From Epiperipatus broadwayi (taxonomy: Eukaryota; Animalia; Onychophora): 64,000 nt of DNA. Under the pieces are notes generated by a model, which was given only the letters and a program-made list of their open reading frames with translations, was not told where the DNA came from and did no database searches. Both the position numbers and the translations under genes were made by a program. Positions 1-13,150 of this stretch are shown here, piece after piece. Each line of letters opens with the position of its first letter. The stretch's first letter is position 1. The stretch covers positions 6,634,001 through 6,698,000 of the forward strand of contig JAQFVV010000009.1 in NCBI GenBank assembly GCA_028023455.1. Direction: 5' to 3'.

Positions 1-1537
1 AAGGAGAATGCATGATTTATAGAACAAAAATTGGATGAACTAAAAAGGAAATTGATGAACATAATTTTAAAATATAGTTATAATTTAAATTATTTAAATA
101 AACAGTGTATTAGAGATCAAGTTGCAGTTGTATTTATATATGTTTATTATGTTTAAATATATTATAATAATAAAGATTATTTCTGTATATGTGTAAGTTG
201 TAATGATCATTAGCAATAGGAGTATTTGTTAGAAGTGCAAATGAATATGTCCATATAGATGTATAAATGGTATGATGATTAAACCATAACCTTCTCTATC
301 AGCTACCTATGAGTCTTATGCATATTATAAACATACAATGAATCATATGTTCCTATTATCTAATAACCAGTAGTCATCATAATGAACTCATGGGTGTCTT
401 GAATCTCTGATTCTTCCACCATTTGTACCATACATAAATCCATCTTTATTAACTCTAAAATAACTTAGCTATCATCTTTTTAGACAATGAGGACATATGA
501 AATTTAATCTGAATTGTTTGATATGGCCTTTGGGTAATGCACTGTAATATATTGTAATGGTATAAATGGGATAGATAGAGGTGTGATTCCCAAAAGATAG
601 AGACTGTACTAAATATTAATTAAATCCAAATTTAAAAGATTAAAATAAATTAAATGAAAAGATTTTATACACTTAGTTCCTCAAGTCCTAATCTGCACCA
701 ATACAATATTAAAATAGATATAAAATAATAAAGAATGCTAACTTTTATGAATGTGAGGAAAATTTAAATGCTAATGGTTTAATTATTAATTAGCTAAAAT
801 GTGTTTAAAATGATAATGTTTGAATTATATCTTAGTTGAAGTTTATTTATCTATATTTCTTTTAATACAATTGCAATTATTACTGCCCCTTGATTAATTA
901 AAGTAAATAAAATTCAGGATTTCAATTTTATTTAATAATAATAATAATTTATTTAAGTCAGATAATAGTAAATAAAGTTAATGAGATACCAAGGAATAAA
1001 CTCAATATGCAGTAATTATATAAATGTTAATATTGGTAGCATTAAATAACAGACTTTATTTTCATAACCAAAGAAAAATTTATTTTTACATATAAAATCC
1101 ATAAAAGTCATAACTTATTATTATTGGGAATTATAGCATTACAGAAAATCTAAATGTGTTATTCAAACAAAATTAAATTCTTGGTTAATTACAATTTTGA
1201 ATAAATATTATGATTTTCCTCTAATTGTATGTGTATCTAAACATTTATTCTTCGACAAATATATATGCATCAAATATCCCTCCCAATAAACATAAAATAA
1301 AATTAAAGTGAAGGTGAACAATTGGTAAAGATAATGAGGTATTCAGTATCCTTAATATAGATGCATTTTAGACTCCCTAATTCATTAGATTATCCAATAT
1401 TCATGCAAGAACAATGATCCAAACATATTGTTTAAAATTCATTCACACTAGACCACTAATATATTTTTTTTTCCAAGAATGTTTAGTATCTTAATTCAAT
1501 TTTAGAGGTTATCACAACATACTGTTTTGTAGCATAG

Positions 1538-1659
1538 GTTTTCCTAGCAACTATATCACAAACTCCAGAGGATTTATCCAATTTTATTGTCATAATCATC
1601 TTGAGAGTAATGGTTACTCAATCCGTTATGATGCAATCTCCTCAGGACCCGGAATATAT
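1538..1659 (+). CDS. Candidate host exon, possibly the C-terminal part of a CUB-like domain
   Basis: ttttgtagcatag|GT ... ATATAT|gtgagc; 122 nt open reading (G)FPSNYITNSRGFIQFYCHNHLESNGYSIRYDAISSGPGIY, resembling the CUB ending 'F.SD....GF.I.Y'; partner exons not identified. Confidence 0.35.
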
Positions 1660-1772
1660 GTGAGCACTACATGAGTTTATTAAAGATCTTGACTACAAAA
1701 AAAAATCACTCTAACATATATATAATACATATTTTGCGGGTTCATCCGTGTTAAAAACTTTTAATATTAATA

Positions 1773-1814
1773 TACTGATGTTTCGACTTGGTCACACAAG
1801 TCATCCACAGAGTT
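1773..1814 (-). ncRNA. Type I hammerhead-like motif in the inverted pLTR copy of PLE1
   Basis: AACU CUGUGGA U GACUUG ugugac CAAGUC GAAAC AUC AGUA; perfect 6-bp stem II; A6U core variant; C15.2-A16.2 mismatch. Confidence 0.7.
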
Positions 1815-2031
1815 ATAAAAGGTAGAAAGATGGTTGTAGAGGCGCTACAATCACTGATTTGAATAAAACATTAAAATTCCACCAATAGCAAAAATGTTAA
1901 ATTTAGGAATGTTTTTTAAAAAAATCTTTCCAAATAGGAGGAAGTTTGCATGTATCATCTCGCTTATTGATACAATCTGGCCTTTTAAGTATCTCAATGG
2001 CTTCTCTAATTTTGCACTGGTAGCGATTATC

Positions 2032-2761
2032 TCTTCATTTTATTTCTGTTTTAAAAAGTTTAAAAATTAATGCTAATGACATTCTGGTCAGTTTTGATGT
2101 CATGTCTTTGTTTACAAACATTCCAATTGATGAAGCTTTAAATATAATCTCACAATGTTGCAATTTACCAGACCATATTATTGCTTCGATTAAACATTGT
2201 CTCTTAAATACATATTTTGTATACAATGGACAGCATTACAGACAAGTTTTTGGTATTCCTATGGGCTCACCTATCTCAGGAGTAATAGCTGATTTATTCA
2301 TGGAATATATAGAAACTCGTGCTTTAGAATCATCATCTTTAAAACCTCTCATTTGGCTCAGATACATAGATGACACTTTTGTCATATGGCAACATGGAAA
2401 AAATAAATTAGATGATTTTTTCTTACATTTAAATAATATGCATCCTCATATTAAATTTACAATGGAGACAGAGTCTGATGGAAAACTCCCTTTTCTTGAT
2501 GTTCTAGTCACCAGAACACCAAATAGTTTATCTTTTTCTATTTACAGAAAGGATGCACACACAGACAGATATTTCCATTTCCATTCTCATCATCACCCAA
2601 CTCAGATAGTTTCTGTAGCCAAAACTCTTTTAAATAAAGCAATTAACCTTTCAGATGAGACACATCTGAAAGAAGAAATAAATCATATTAATAGTGTTTT
2701 ATTAGCAAATAGTTATAATTACAAATTTATAAAAAAAAGCCTTATTTCAAGCCCAAAATAG
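2032..2761 (+). pseudogene. PLE reverse transcriptase (5'-truncated, premature stop)
   Basis: SFDVMSLFTNIP, GIPMGSPISGVIADLFM, WLRYIDDTF, LPFLDVLV, YRKDAHTDRYFHFHSHHH are typical PLE RT motifs. Confidence 0.95.
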
Positions 2762-2935
2762 ACAAAATAGGAAACAAAAAGATGATAAATCAGCTATTAG
2801 GATTTGTGTTCCATATGTAAAAGGAACTACAGACAGTATCGGACGTATATTAAAACGCTATAATATAGATACAGCATTTTTTGCTCATCAAAAGATCAGC
2901 AATATAATAATCAAGCCTAAGGATTCATCCCGCTT

Positions 2936-3208
2936 GAATCCCATGGTGTCTATCAAATCTTATGTAAAAATTGTAAAGCTTCATACATAGGTATGAGTAA
3001 TCGTCGCATCAGTGTTAGGAGAGATGAGCATGCCAATGCAGTTAAACAACACTCATCATCAGCAGCACTCTCACTCCATACTATAGATTCAGGTCATAAA
3101 ATTGATTTTTCTAGTACCAGGATCATATCCAGATGTGATAATCTCTACCAGTGCAAAATTAGAGAAGCCATTGAGATATTTAAAAGGCCAGATTGTATCA
3201 ATAAGTGA
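2936..3208 (+). pseudogene. PLE GIY-YIG endonuclease (frameshifted relative to RT)
   Basis: GVYQILCKNCKASYIGMSNRRISVRRDEH ... KIREAIEIFKR. Confidence 0.92.
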
Positions 3209-3353
3209 GATGATTCATGCAAACTTCCTCCTATTTGGAAAGATTTTTTTAAAAAACATTCCTAAATTTAACATTTTTGCTATTGGTGGAATTTTAACGT
3301 TTTATTCAAATCAGTGATTGTAGCGCCTCTACAACCATCTTTCTACCTTTTAT

Positions 3354-3395
3354 AACTCTGTGGATGACTTGTGTGACCAATTCGAAACGTCAGTA
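3354..3395 (+). ncRNA. Type I hammerhead-like motif in the PLE1 3' pLTR
   Basis: AACU CUGUGGA U GACUUG ugugac CAAUUC GAAAC GUC AGUA; palindromic ACGU stem III. Confidence 0.72.
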
Positions 3396-6300
3396 TATTA
3401 ATATTAAAAGTTTTTAACACGGATGAACCCGCAAAATATGGATTTTATATATTTAACCTGTGCAAATCTTCGTTTTAACATATATATATATATTGTCAAG
3501 ATACAGTAATAGGCGTGTAAGAAATTTAAATTTTGTCTTTCTACAATATATAACTTTCCAGTCTTTTAAGCATTGATATTATATTTTAATTTAGTTAATA
3601 ATATTACTGCCCTTTTTTCCATAAGTTTTCGTATTGCACTTCAAATAAATGTATATATATATATATTTACTTAAATTCAAATGAATATTTTGAAATTTCT
3701 GATGAAAGCAAAATAAATTTTTTGAAGTATAGTATTAATTGTATTTTAAGTTGGTATTAAGCTTCTATTTTCCTTTTAGCTTACCTTTTATGGGTAGAAA
3801 TTAACTTTCCTTTTTTGCCGATCATATTGTATTGGCTTTGAATATAGATCATCCTAAGTATATACATCATTTTTCTGTTATAGAAGAGAAATGTTTACTA
3901 AAGTATGACTTTTTCCAAAAGAATTAATATATATGTGAAAAAGAATACATTTTCAAAAGCAAAAGAATGAAAAGCAAATGGTTTTTCCTTAGTGAGAGGG
4001 ACTGTTGTATCTGTTTTTTTTTAAAAGACATAATATCCATCACTGTGGTTATGCGATACCTTGAGGTATTTGCCTTATCAAATTTATCAAGCAATCACTG
4101 TTATAAACAAATCCATTTTAGATATCAATTATGTGTAAATATATACAAATAGATTTATACATATACAGATGGTTTCATATATATATATAAATGTAACTTA
4201 TTGTTTATTTTGTTTCTAATGTTCCTACATAAAAGAATGAATGCAAATATATATATTTAATGTGAAGTTAGGCAAAATATTTTTAATCCTTGTTAAAATG
4301 AAACATATTTCCTTCAAAATCCAGCAACTCTTGTTAAGAAAATGTCAAAATAGATTACTTCTTTTAAGACAATAAAAGATCATGTTTGCAACTGTTTTAT
4401 AAATATATAGTGAGATAAAATTAGCTAAGACATTGACCAATGATTTCAATAATTAATAATCTTATGTGCAAGAAAAAAAAAATCTTATAATGTGTATACA
4501 TGACAATGTGGTTGGGTATATACGTCTATAGCACAATATATATTATATTGTAATGGACAGTAGGCACCCTAATATCCAACACCAGTGAGTGGCACTAGAC
4601 TTATAGCCTAGAATGAGAGTTTACTAGTAAGAATACTAAATGTAAATGCCTACAGAGCTGTACCAACATTCTTACACATTTAAAATTGCCTCTAAATCAT
4701 GGAGAGTAGAAATTTTGTAGAAATATCAATTGGCAAAATAGACAACAGTAAATAAATGCTAAAATAATTAATAATAAACAAAACAAAGTTTATTTGTAGG
4801 ACAATATAATACAGTTCAAGTACAAACATATTTCAATGATAACTTCCCCTTTTATGTTGGCATATAGTGCATTATATCTGATAGCTTTAAATATTACTAT
4901 TCATAAAAATTTAACATGATAATGCTGTATCATCTGAAGATTAGTAAGTAACTATTATTTATATAATTATTAGATGTGTTCTAAGTTAAGATGTACACAC
5001 ATATATTTCACTTTTGCATAAAAACAAAGGAGCCTAAATTCACTATAAATATCACCGCACAGGCCATCACAAAATTAGACCAACATACTGTGTATCTGAG
5101 CCCATATTTAACAGCAAACAATAAATAGGTCCCTTAATCATCTGGAGTACAAAGCAAAAAATATAATTCATGGAGAGGAATGTCTTCTTGATGCAAATCA
5201 GAATTATCCTTGAGTACTTCAAGCAGGAATATCATATGGAGGCAAGTAACTATATACAATTCAAGTGTGGCTGATAATCTAAGGATCACTATATGAAAAT
5301 GCACATACATAATAACAAACATTATTTTTAGATGCATGCGAAGTAAACAAGCAAATTGTCCATAAATCTAAGCACATTAAAATCAATTTAATAAATTATT
5401 TATATAGCTATGTGTACATCACATTAGACATATACATATTTTTTGCTTACATTAGATTTTTGAATATCTCAGATATCTCAGAGCGACAAAATTTTAATTG
5501 TACTAAATTTAAATTATTTTTAAAAAAAACATTTTATATTTTTTAAAACTTTCTTTTTTAAAAAAATTTTCTTTTTAGGGAAAAGTTTGATGTAAAACTC
5601 TGGCTGCAATCACAGAAATGATTTTTAAACACTTTATCATGAGGGGGAAGAAGATTTAAGGAGCAAACTGATTTTTTTATCTCAACTATTTAAAAAAAAT
5701 TATTGTGTCTGCAAAAATGAAGTATTTAAATATTTAAAGCCCACCACAATATCAAATCTACTGACAAAAATCTAGTTTTATAATGTCTAAGTACTAAAAT
5801 AAGTTAATAAAAAAGATAAATACACAAACACATCTAAAATTATAAACATCATTGATTTGTTGATAACAAGTTTATAAAATGATTTATTAAATATCTACAT
5901 TATCTTTAAGTCCCAAAGCTTGGCTAAGTAGTTACTATTTTTTTCTAAAGTGGAGTTATATATACATATGTACATTTGTGCAACTAGAGCTTTAGTGGTT
6001 GTGAAGTCTTGATTTACTGGTATCCAATCTTTATCATTTTCAGTTATGTTTTTAGTTAGAGTCTATGAGGTTTTTCTCCACTGTTAAGTAAGCATATCTC
6101 TTTAACTGTATATTTGAAGATAGGACAGTGTTGGATCAAATTCAGCAAGCAGAGTTGGACAACCTAATGGTTATGGGTTACATGCTTCAGCAAGTTCATT
6201 TGTGCAAGTTAGCAGTACATCCTTATTAGTTCAGCTGCTAGTAGAGGATTTAGTATTCTTCATGTTTAGCAAAAGAAATGAAGATGAATAAGAATTATTT

Positions 6301-6623
6301 TCTGAGCTGGCCTTTTTATCTTGCCATCTAGCTTTGCAAAATAAATTTATTTCTTTAATTAATAAGCCCATCTGTTTACAAAATTCTTTAATTAAACCAA
6401 TTTATATGTTTATACAATTTTTTAAATAAACAAGCCAACATGTTTACAGATGATGCCTAGCCATTTTAATTCCTAAAATATATTTAATTGACATTTTCAA
6501 AATTTAGAACAAACCTTAAAAAGAAATTGAATTTTCTAGAACTTTAATTAAACCACAGCTAATTTATTATTGGAGCCGGGATGAGCTTACAATAAAGCAT
6601 ATTGGAGCTGAGTTGGAAATTTG

Positions 6624-6880
6624 AAAAAAAAAAAAGAAGTTTCTTCAAAAACAAGAAAAAAGACTGGACAAAAAAAGTTTCTTAAAAAAAAAAAAAATGT
6701 AAAAAAGAAATGTTTGTTTTAAAAAAAAGATCGAATGTTTTAAAAAGCCAAAAAAAAAAAAAAACAATTTATTTATTTTTAAGAAATATACATAAAACGG
6801 GTTAAAAAAATAAAACAACAACAAAAAAAAAGTCAAACAAATCCAAAAATTAAAAACATAGATCAACAAAATAAAAACAG
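6624..6880 (+). repeat. A-rich low-complexity tract
   Basis: ~250 bp of interrupted poly(A); AATAAA at 6592-6597 precedes it. Confidence 0.7.
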
Positions 6881-7049
6881 CCCGATAATGTTATATCTAT
6901 TGATGTGATGTACTGTAGCTTCTTCTTAAATGAAGCCAAGAATCTCTCAGCAATTATGCTCAGAGAAACCTGTTAGCTACTTAATTTTTCATTCCCCATC
7001 TAAGTTTTCCCATATTCTGCTCCATCCCATTTCCACACCATAATCTATG

Positions 7050-8150
7050 TCAACTCTGTGGCCGTTATATCTAAATTTCTTTTATCTTTTTCCAAACCCA
7101 GCATAAAAAACCAATAATCCACTTTCTGTATAATCACTTTTTTCATATTTATTCTTCCATAACTTTATTATATGTGCCCTTTCTGTTTTCAAGCATTTAC
7201 ATTCAATTAACAGATGCCTAATATTTTCTATTTCTTCCTTACATAATTTACAAACTAAATCACCCATATTTTTCCATTTACATGTATAGTCTCTTGTTGC
7301 TAAAGATCCTGTTCGAGCCTTAAACAATAAACTACTTTCCCTACTATTATCATATATTAACTCGCACCTAATATTCTGTTTATTTCTATATATATTTAAA
7401 CTCTTTTTACTCTCCATACTAGTTCTCCATCTCTCTAACTCTAACTCCCTATTTGTTATTAATAAATCTATTCTTTTATCCCATTCCTTACCACTATAAC
7501 ACTCAACACTCCTCCTAACACAATCATCCCATCTTTTGTACAAATATACTGATTTAAATTCTTTATCCAAATCTTTTGCATACCGCATTACCTTTCTCAC
7601 CTATCTTATTGCCTGCTCTTTACTCCTAACCCAATTAAATACTATTTTGGCTATTCTTTTATTATCCATAAACTGCAATCTACCAAACATTTTCATTTTG
7701 CTTCTTGCATTTCTCATATGAAAACTTGACTGTCCCATTTCTCCTTGAATTGCCTCTTTTGCTGTCCATACATCTGCATCCAATGCATGTCTTCCTATTT
7801 CCCTTTGAACTTTTTCTAAGTAATCTAATACCCCTTTACTAACATATAATGCATCATTACCATATGTTAACCTTGCTACTGCAACTCCTTTCATATAATT
7901 GTAGCTACATCATCTTTATTATATGAAAACATTGTTAATTTCTTTATCAATCCCTTTCTTTTTTTGCTTCATTTCTCCCATTCAAACAAATAATTTGTCT
8001 GACTACTTAAATCAATTCCCAAATATCTTATCTATTCACCACACTTAACTTAATATCTCCCAATAAAAATTCTACATCTTCTCTTTCTGCAGTATTAACC
8101 ATCATTATATTTGATTTTTCTTCACTAAATTTAATCCCCATCCCTTTTCA
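7050..8150 (-). mobile_element. Non-LTR retrotransposon 3' remnant (RT C-terminus plus CCHC finger)
   Basis: KYLGID, LTYGNDAL...LEKVQREIGR, LLFKARTGSL, CKLCKEEIENIRHLLIEC; stops and frameshifts. Confidence 0.85.
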
Positions 8151-8762
8151 CTAGCAACAGCGCCATCAAGCAGTGTGGATGATTAGATTATGTATTACCA
8201 TATTTTCTTTGTTCAAAAAATAATTGTAAATATCCAATTCTTGTAAACATAATTATTATTATTTGAGATTGATTTAATGTTATTTTATTAACTTTGTTTT
8301 ATTTTTTTATTATCCCTGATATGTTATTTATTATATCAATGATAACTTTGATCTTATATTTTTAATCTGTTTATCAACCATATATGTGTGAATGGTTATA
8401 TAATTTCTTATTGAATTTGTTAGTCAGCATTATTTTACTGCAGTGCTTTCTATATAATTAAAGCTATGGACCAATTGTTTTCAAGTAATATATATTAATC
8501 CTTATTTATATTAGTAACCCAAGACTATGTTTGACAATGATAGACTGATTTGATTTGGGTATTGTTGTATTTTTCACATATATTTCATGTTATATAAATT
8601 GATTCTCAATATGAAACCATTTTATTATCATCACTCCATATGTAACGTTATGAATTAAAACAGGCAAAACTCTCCATGCAGCAGTGACAGTCAGTGCAAG
8701 CCAAAGTAATCGATGCCAAAAGGTGTGCATAAAATCCCTATCTAGTGCCTACTCATCCAATA

Positions 8763-8803
8763 TCCCTAGACTAGTTTTTGAGGTTGTGGCTTTCGTCAGA
8801 GGA
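8763..8803 (-). ncRNA. Family A hammerhead (degenerate)
   Basis: UCCU CUGACGA AAGC cacaa CCUC AAAAAC UA GUC UAGGGA; GAAA and stem II damaged. Confidence 0.55.
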
Positions 8804-9292
8804 GCTTTGGATCTGAGAGCATTGCTCCTAGATCTTAGGATCTAATGCAACTCCAGCAGCCATCTTTTATCTCGATTTAACCTACAAAACTATGAGTCTA
8901 AAATTGAAAATATAATATTTTCAATCCAAGATCATTAGTTTATATAGTCATATAGGTCTGAACTCAGTTCAGTATCCATACATTTTGGTGTCTTGGGTTT
9001 TTTAATAACCATAACCACCACTATCCTGTTAGGCAGGATTGGTATTAAACTACTAAACATCACATGATCACCATTTCTTATGCTTGCTCATAACTGTTAT
9101 TAAAACAAACAAAACTCTCCATTGATTACTCTGGTTTGTATTGAGTGGCACTACTGTATGGAGTTTGGATTGAAAATATTATTGTTTTCAATTTTAGATT
9201 CATAGTTTTGTAGTTAAGTAGAGATAAAAGGTTGCTGGTAGAGGGTTGCATTTGACCCTAAGATCTAGGTGCAGTGCTCTCAGATCCAAAGC

Positions 9293-9334
9293 TCCTCATT
9301 GATGAAAGCTACAAGCTAGAAACTAGTCTGGGGA
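9293..9334 (+). ncRNA. Family A type I hammerhead
   Basis: UCCUCA UUGAUGA AAGC uacaa GCUA GAAAC UA GUC UGGGGA; stem I UCCUCA/UGGGGA; palindromic ACUAGU stem III; C3U change. Confidence 0.8.
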
Positions 9335-9716
9335 TATTGGATGAGTAGGCACTAGATAGGGATTTTATGCACAAATCTTCTGGCATTACTGCATGGAGAG
9401 ATTTGACTGTTTTAATAACAGTTATGAGCCAGCATAAGAAATGGAGATCATGTGATGGTTTAATATTTTAATACCAATCCTGCCTAATAGGATAGTGGTA
9501 GCTATGCTTATTGAAGAACCAAAGACACTGAAATGTGTGGGTACTGAACTGAGTTCAGACCTATATGACTATATAAGCTAATGAGCTTGGATTAAAAATA
9601 TTAACTTGTTTTCAAATTTTAGAGTCATAGTATTGTAGTTAAGTAGAGATAAAAGGTCACTGCTGGAGGGTTGCATTAGATCCTAAGATCTAGATGCAGT
9701 GCTCTCAGATCCAAGT

Positions 9717-9758
9717 TCCTCACTGACAGAAGCCACAAGCTAGAAACTAGTCTGGGGA
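9717..9758 (+). ncRNA. Family A type I hammerhead (core altered to CUGACAG)
   Basis: UCCUCA CUGACAG AAGC cacaa GCUA GAAAC UA GUC UGGGGA. Confidence 0.7.
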
Positions 9759-12700
9759 TATTGGATGAGTAGGCACTAGATAGGGATTTTATGCATAAGC
9801 CTTCTGGCATCCATTGATTACTCTGGCTTGCACTGAGTGGCACTACTGTATGGAGAGTTTTGCCTTTTAATAACAGTTATGAGCAAGCATAAGAAATTTG
9901 TGATTATGTGATGAATTTTTTGAATCCATACTATAAATTAGCAATTTAATTTGTATCCACACTTAAAGACTTTGTTAATTGCACTATTCCATTACAATAT
10001 AGGTGGGTGTATATATATGTAAGATTATATATATTGTAATAGTCTGGGAACTAAGATTCAATACCGCACAATTGGATGCACCAGATGTAACAGTCCACAT
10101 AATTCCTCCAGGCTGGGAAAGGGAAAAAGTTGCATCTAACTATGTTCGGACTTTGGGTCTTTGGATAGGATGCTGGTGATAATGCAATGAAATGCATAAC
10201 CAATGATTGCACTTATCTTTAATTGACTAGCTCTATACCTATTTGACAATATCAGATACAATTTAAGTTAAGTTCATCCACCTCTTGCCCCTTTCTGGTA
10301 CCTTTTTGCCCTGATATTTGAATCCAGGTAGAATATTGCTTTTAACTCTTTTAACAGGTATGAATAGATACACGTAGCAACATTTGCACTTTCATATAAG
10401 TTACAACTAGCATTATTAATACCTAATTTGTTATAAAACTATTTTATAAAAATGAAATAGGTGTGTGTGCATAATATGATTAATAGTTGTTTGCTGATTT
10501 CAATGATAACTCAATAAATCAGAGACCAGAATAATGTAAACTATTCAACATTTATTAACAATGATAAAATGAATCAAAAATAAAATATTTTAACAATAAT
10601 AAAAAAAAAAGAATAATATATATAATGTGTCAAATAGGAACCTCTACCATTCTATCAGTTAATAGTTTTATAGTTCCATCCCCTTTACCAAATGGTAGAA
10701 ATCCATTATGGCACTCATTACTTGCAAAATCATGAAAAATATGAAAAATAAAATGAAACATTAATGGTTAAAATGATTGCAACTTTAACTAAGTTAAATA
10801 TCCATTGTCTCAGTCATAATAATATTGTGATTTATTCCTGCTGAAAATAATCTATTTGATTAAGTCCCGCAATCTAAGTCTAAATACATATGATAGATAA
10901 AGGCATTTTACACTAGATAATTAGTCATTCACACTAAAATAACAAAGCAATTGTTAATTAACAATATATAACTCGAATTCTGTAATCTACCCAGTTTTGT
11001 AATTTGCTCTGAGTAAAATAGATGAAAATCTTCAATATATATAGAGATAACCAGATGTTAAGCTTCCTTAGAAATTCAATGGGCTGGTCTAAATTTATTT
11101 ACAATAATAAAAAAAAATAACTGTCCCCCCCCCCTTTCTTTTCTACTAACACTAAAAATGAACTCTATGAAGTTCATGCTTCTGAGTATGAAATCAAACA
11201 AAAAAAGAAAGAAAATTTTACAATATTAATCACTTGATGAAATAAAATTCATTGAATCATCCTGGTGATAGTTCATGATGTTTTGACATGGAAATTTCCA
11301 ATAGGCAATTTAGTTCTTCATATCACTTTCTTTGTCAAAGGATTGATCATGTAGGGATGTCTCCTGGCATCATTTAAAATATAAACACATCGATCATTAG
11401 CAGGTCTATCTCTTAATTCTCCTGTGTAGACTTCTTCTTGGATAGTAACCATCTTGGGTGTAATGATAAAGTAGAAAAATGAAAGTTTTACACAGTCACA
11501 TTAGGGAAGGCAGTCATGTTAGGGAAGAGATTGGTCAACACCACATCAGACAGACTGTCTACCCCATATGCATCTCAAAATAATATATAACTATTTGTAA
11601 TCATAAGTTACATTTTCATATTGAAGAATTTTTTATATATGTTAGATAAATGATTCCATATTTTGCTTTAACTATTAGCAAAATCAGTGTTCTTTTTTTC
11701 ACAAGATTTAAAAATTCCAAAAACTCTTCCACTCATGACCAGAAACCAATCTAGTTATTACGAAAATGTATCAATTCTACTTAATTTCACTTTATAACTC
11801 TTACTGCTAAGTAATTTCGAACAACAGACTTCATTTTTTTTTTAGCATTCGAAATTTTAATTCAATTGATGTTATTTCATTATAGCATATGTATTATTTC
11901 AAGAAGAAATATTTTTAAAAGATTTTGCTTTTATACTGCCCATGATTTATGAGGTACACAAAAATTTCATTTCTTTTTATGTGACTGCTTATTGTTCCAT
12001 TTGTTTCATTAATAAAAAAATAAAATAGTAAAATCATAATTTTATTTTTATACTCAGTTTCCTAACTACCTCACTTGACATCAGGTCATCTCCAAGTTAC
12101 ATAGTTTCAAATTGCATCACACTATTCTTCAGTTTAGAATGTAAAACACAATTTATTAAAGCTTGTTTAATAGTATATATAAATAATTCATTTCTACATT
12201 GTTCAACTACACTAAATGATTCACTGTAAAAAAAACAATCTATCATGACTTCTTTGATTAAATGCTAGTATAAATAAACACATGTCCTGTACACACACAC
12301 ATATATATATGCTAATAATAATCAAATAACATTCCCATTATTAGTGCAAGTTTTTAGTTGGATTTATTTAATAAGTGGGTTAATCTTGGCAGGATATGAT
12401 TGAGTTGTAACTACCCCTTACAATATTAATGATTTAAAAACTAAACATATACAAATTTTATTATAAAATTGTTTCTCATAAAAATATTGAAGTAATGTAT
12501 TGCCATTTAATAACTCAAAGACAAGCAATAGATAGTAGAAACCAAAGGAAATAAAACTATTGATATTTAAAAAAAAGTGTAAAATTGTTAGTATATTTAA
12601 AAATCATATAAAGGCAAATAGTAAGAGAAATGTATGATAAATCATTTGTAAGAAAACTAAATTCTTATTGGTGCGGGGTGGGGGGGGTCATAATTAACAT

Positions 12701-12879
12701 GAGTTTTAAAAATATTTTTCTATAAGAAATTGATTTTCTAATTTTAGATTAAATATAGTCTTGTTAAGATGATATGAAGAGATGGTTAAATTTACTCGTA
12801 AATTGTCAGCTATTATGGATCCATTATAAATGATGGTCTACTGAAGTTCAATGTAATTTCATTAATTCGTAGCTTCTCT

Positions 12880-13150
12880 TCTCTATACCAATCCAGATAA
12901 TTTTATTATCTATGTCATATAAGATTGTGTTTTTCTAGATCTTTTATAATCCCTTGGGAATCATTTTAAAATTTAAATTATCCATTTATTGGAACTTTTC
13001 TAGTAATTTGTCTGGCCCAGCTCTATTTCAGCTTTTTAATTCTTTTAATAATATCCATGATGCCTGTTTCTTTCACATTTGATCCATTATATTGCTTCCA
13101 ATATATATTTCTTCAAACTTCACAGTATGGTCTGGCTTCTGTATTGCTTT
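12880..13150 (-). mobile_element. RTE-like LINE 3' remnant
   Basis: Frameshifted reading similar to 'GIMDIIKRIKKLK*SWARQITR...NKW...FPRDYKRSRK', the RTE C-terminal pattern. Confidence 0.55.

Larger units (their letters stand above)
1725..3475 (+). mobile_element. Penelope-like retroelement (PLE1), 5'-truncated, with inverted 5' copy of its 3' end
   Basis: RT plus GIY-YIG remnants; ~1725-2031 is the reverse complement of ~3137-3450; 13-bp TSD TAACATATATATA at 1712-1724 and 3476-3488. Confidence 0.95.
8657..9910. mobile_element. Retrozyme-like family A, locus 1: inverted ~445-bp monomer (8657-9121) followed by direct tandem copies (9118-9910)
   Basis: taaaac...aaaactctccat recurs at 8656 and 9101 (period 445); plus copies start at 9167 and 9589; HHR motifs in each copy; possible TSD ATGAATT at 8650-8656 and 9911-9917. 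Confidence 0.85.

Noticed and set aside
5040-5300. Possible Tc1/mariner transposase remnant (VLQAGISYGGK resembles VWAGIS..G)
   Set aside because: Only one short motif with stops; no TIRs or TA TSD found.
10630-10770. Open frames on both strands (minus: CHNGFLPFGKGDG, NIDO-like; plus: TSTILSVNSF)
   Set aside because: Ambiguous strand and weak splice sites; cannot be supported.
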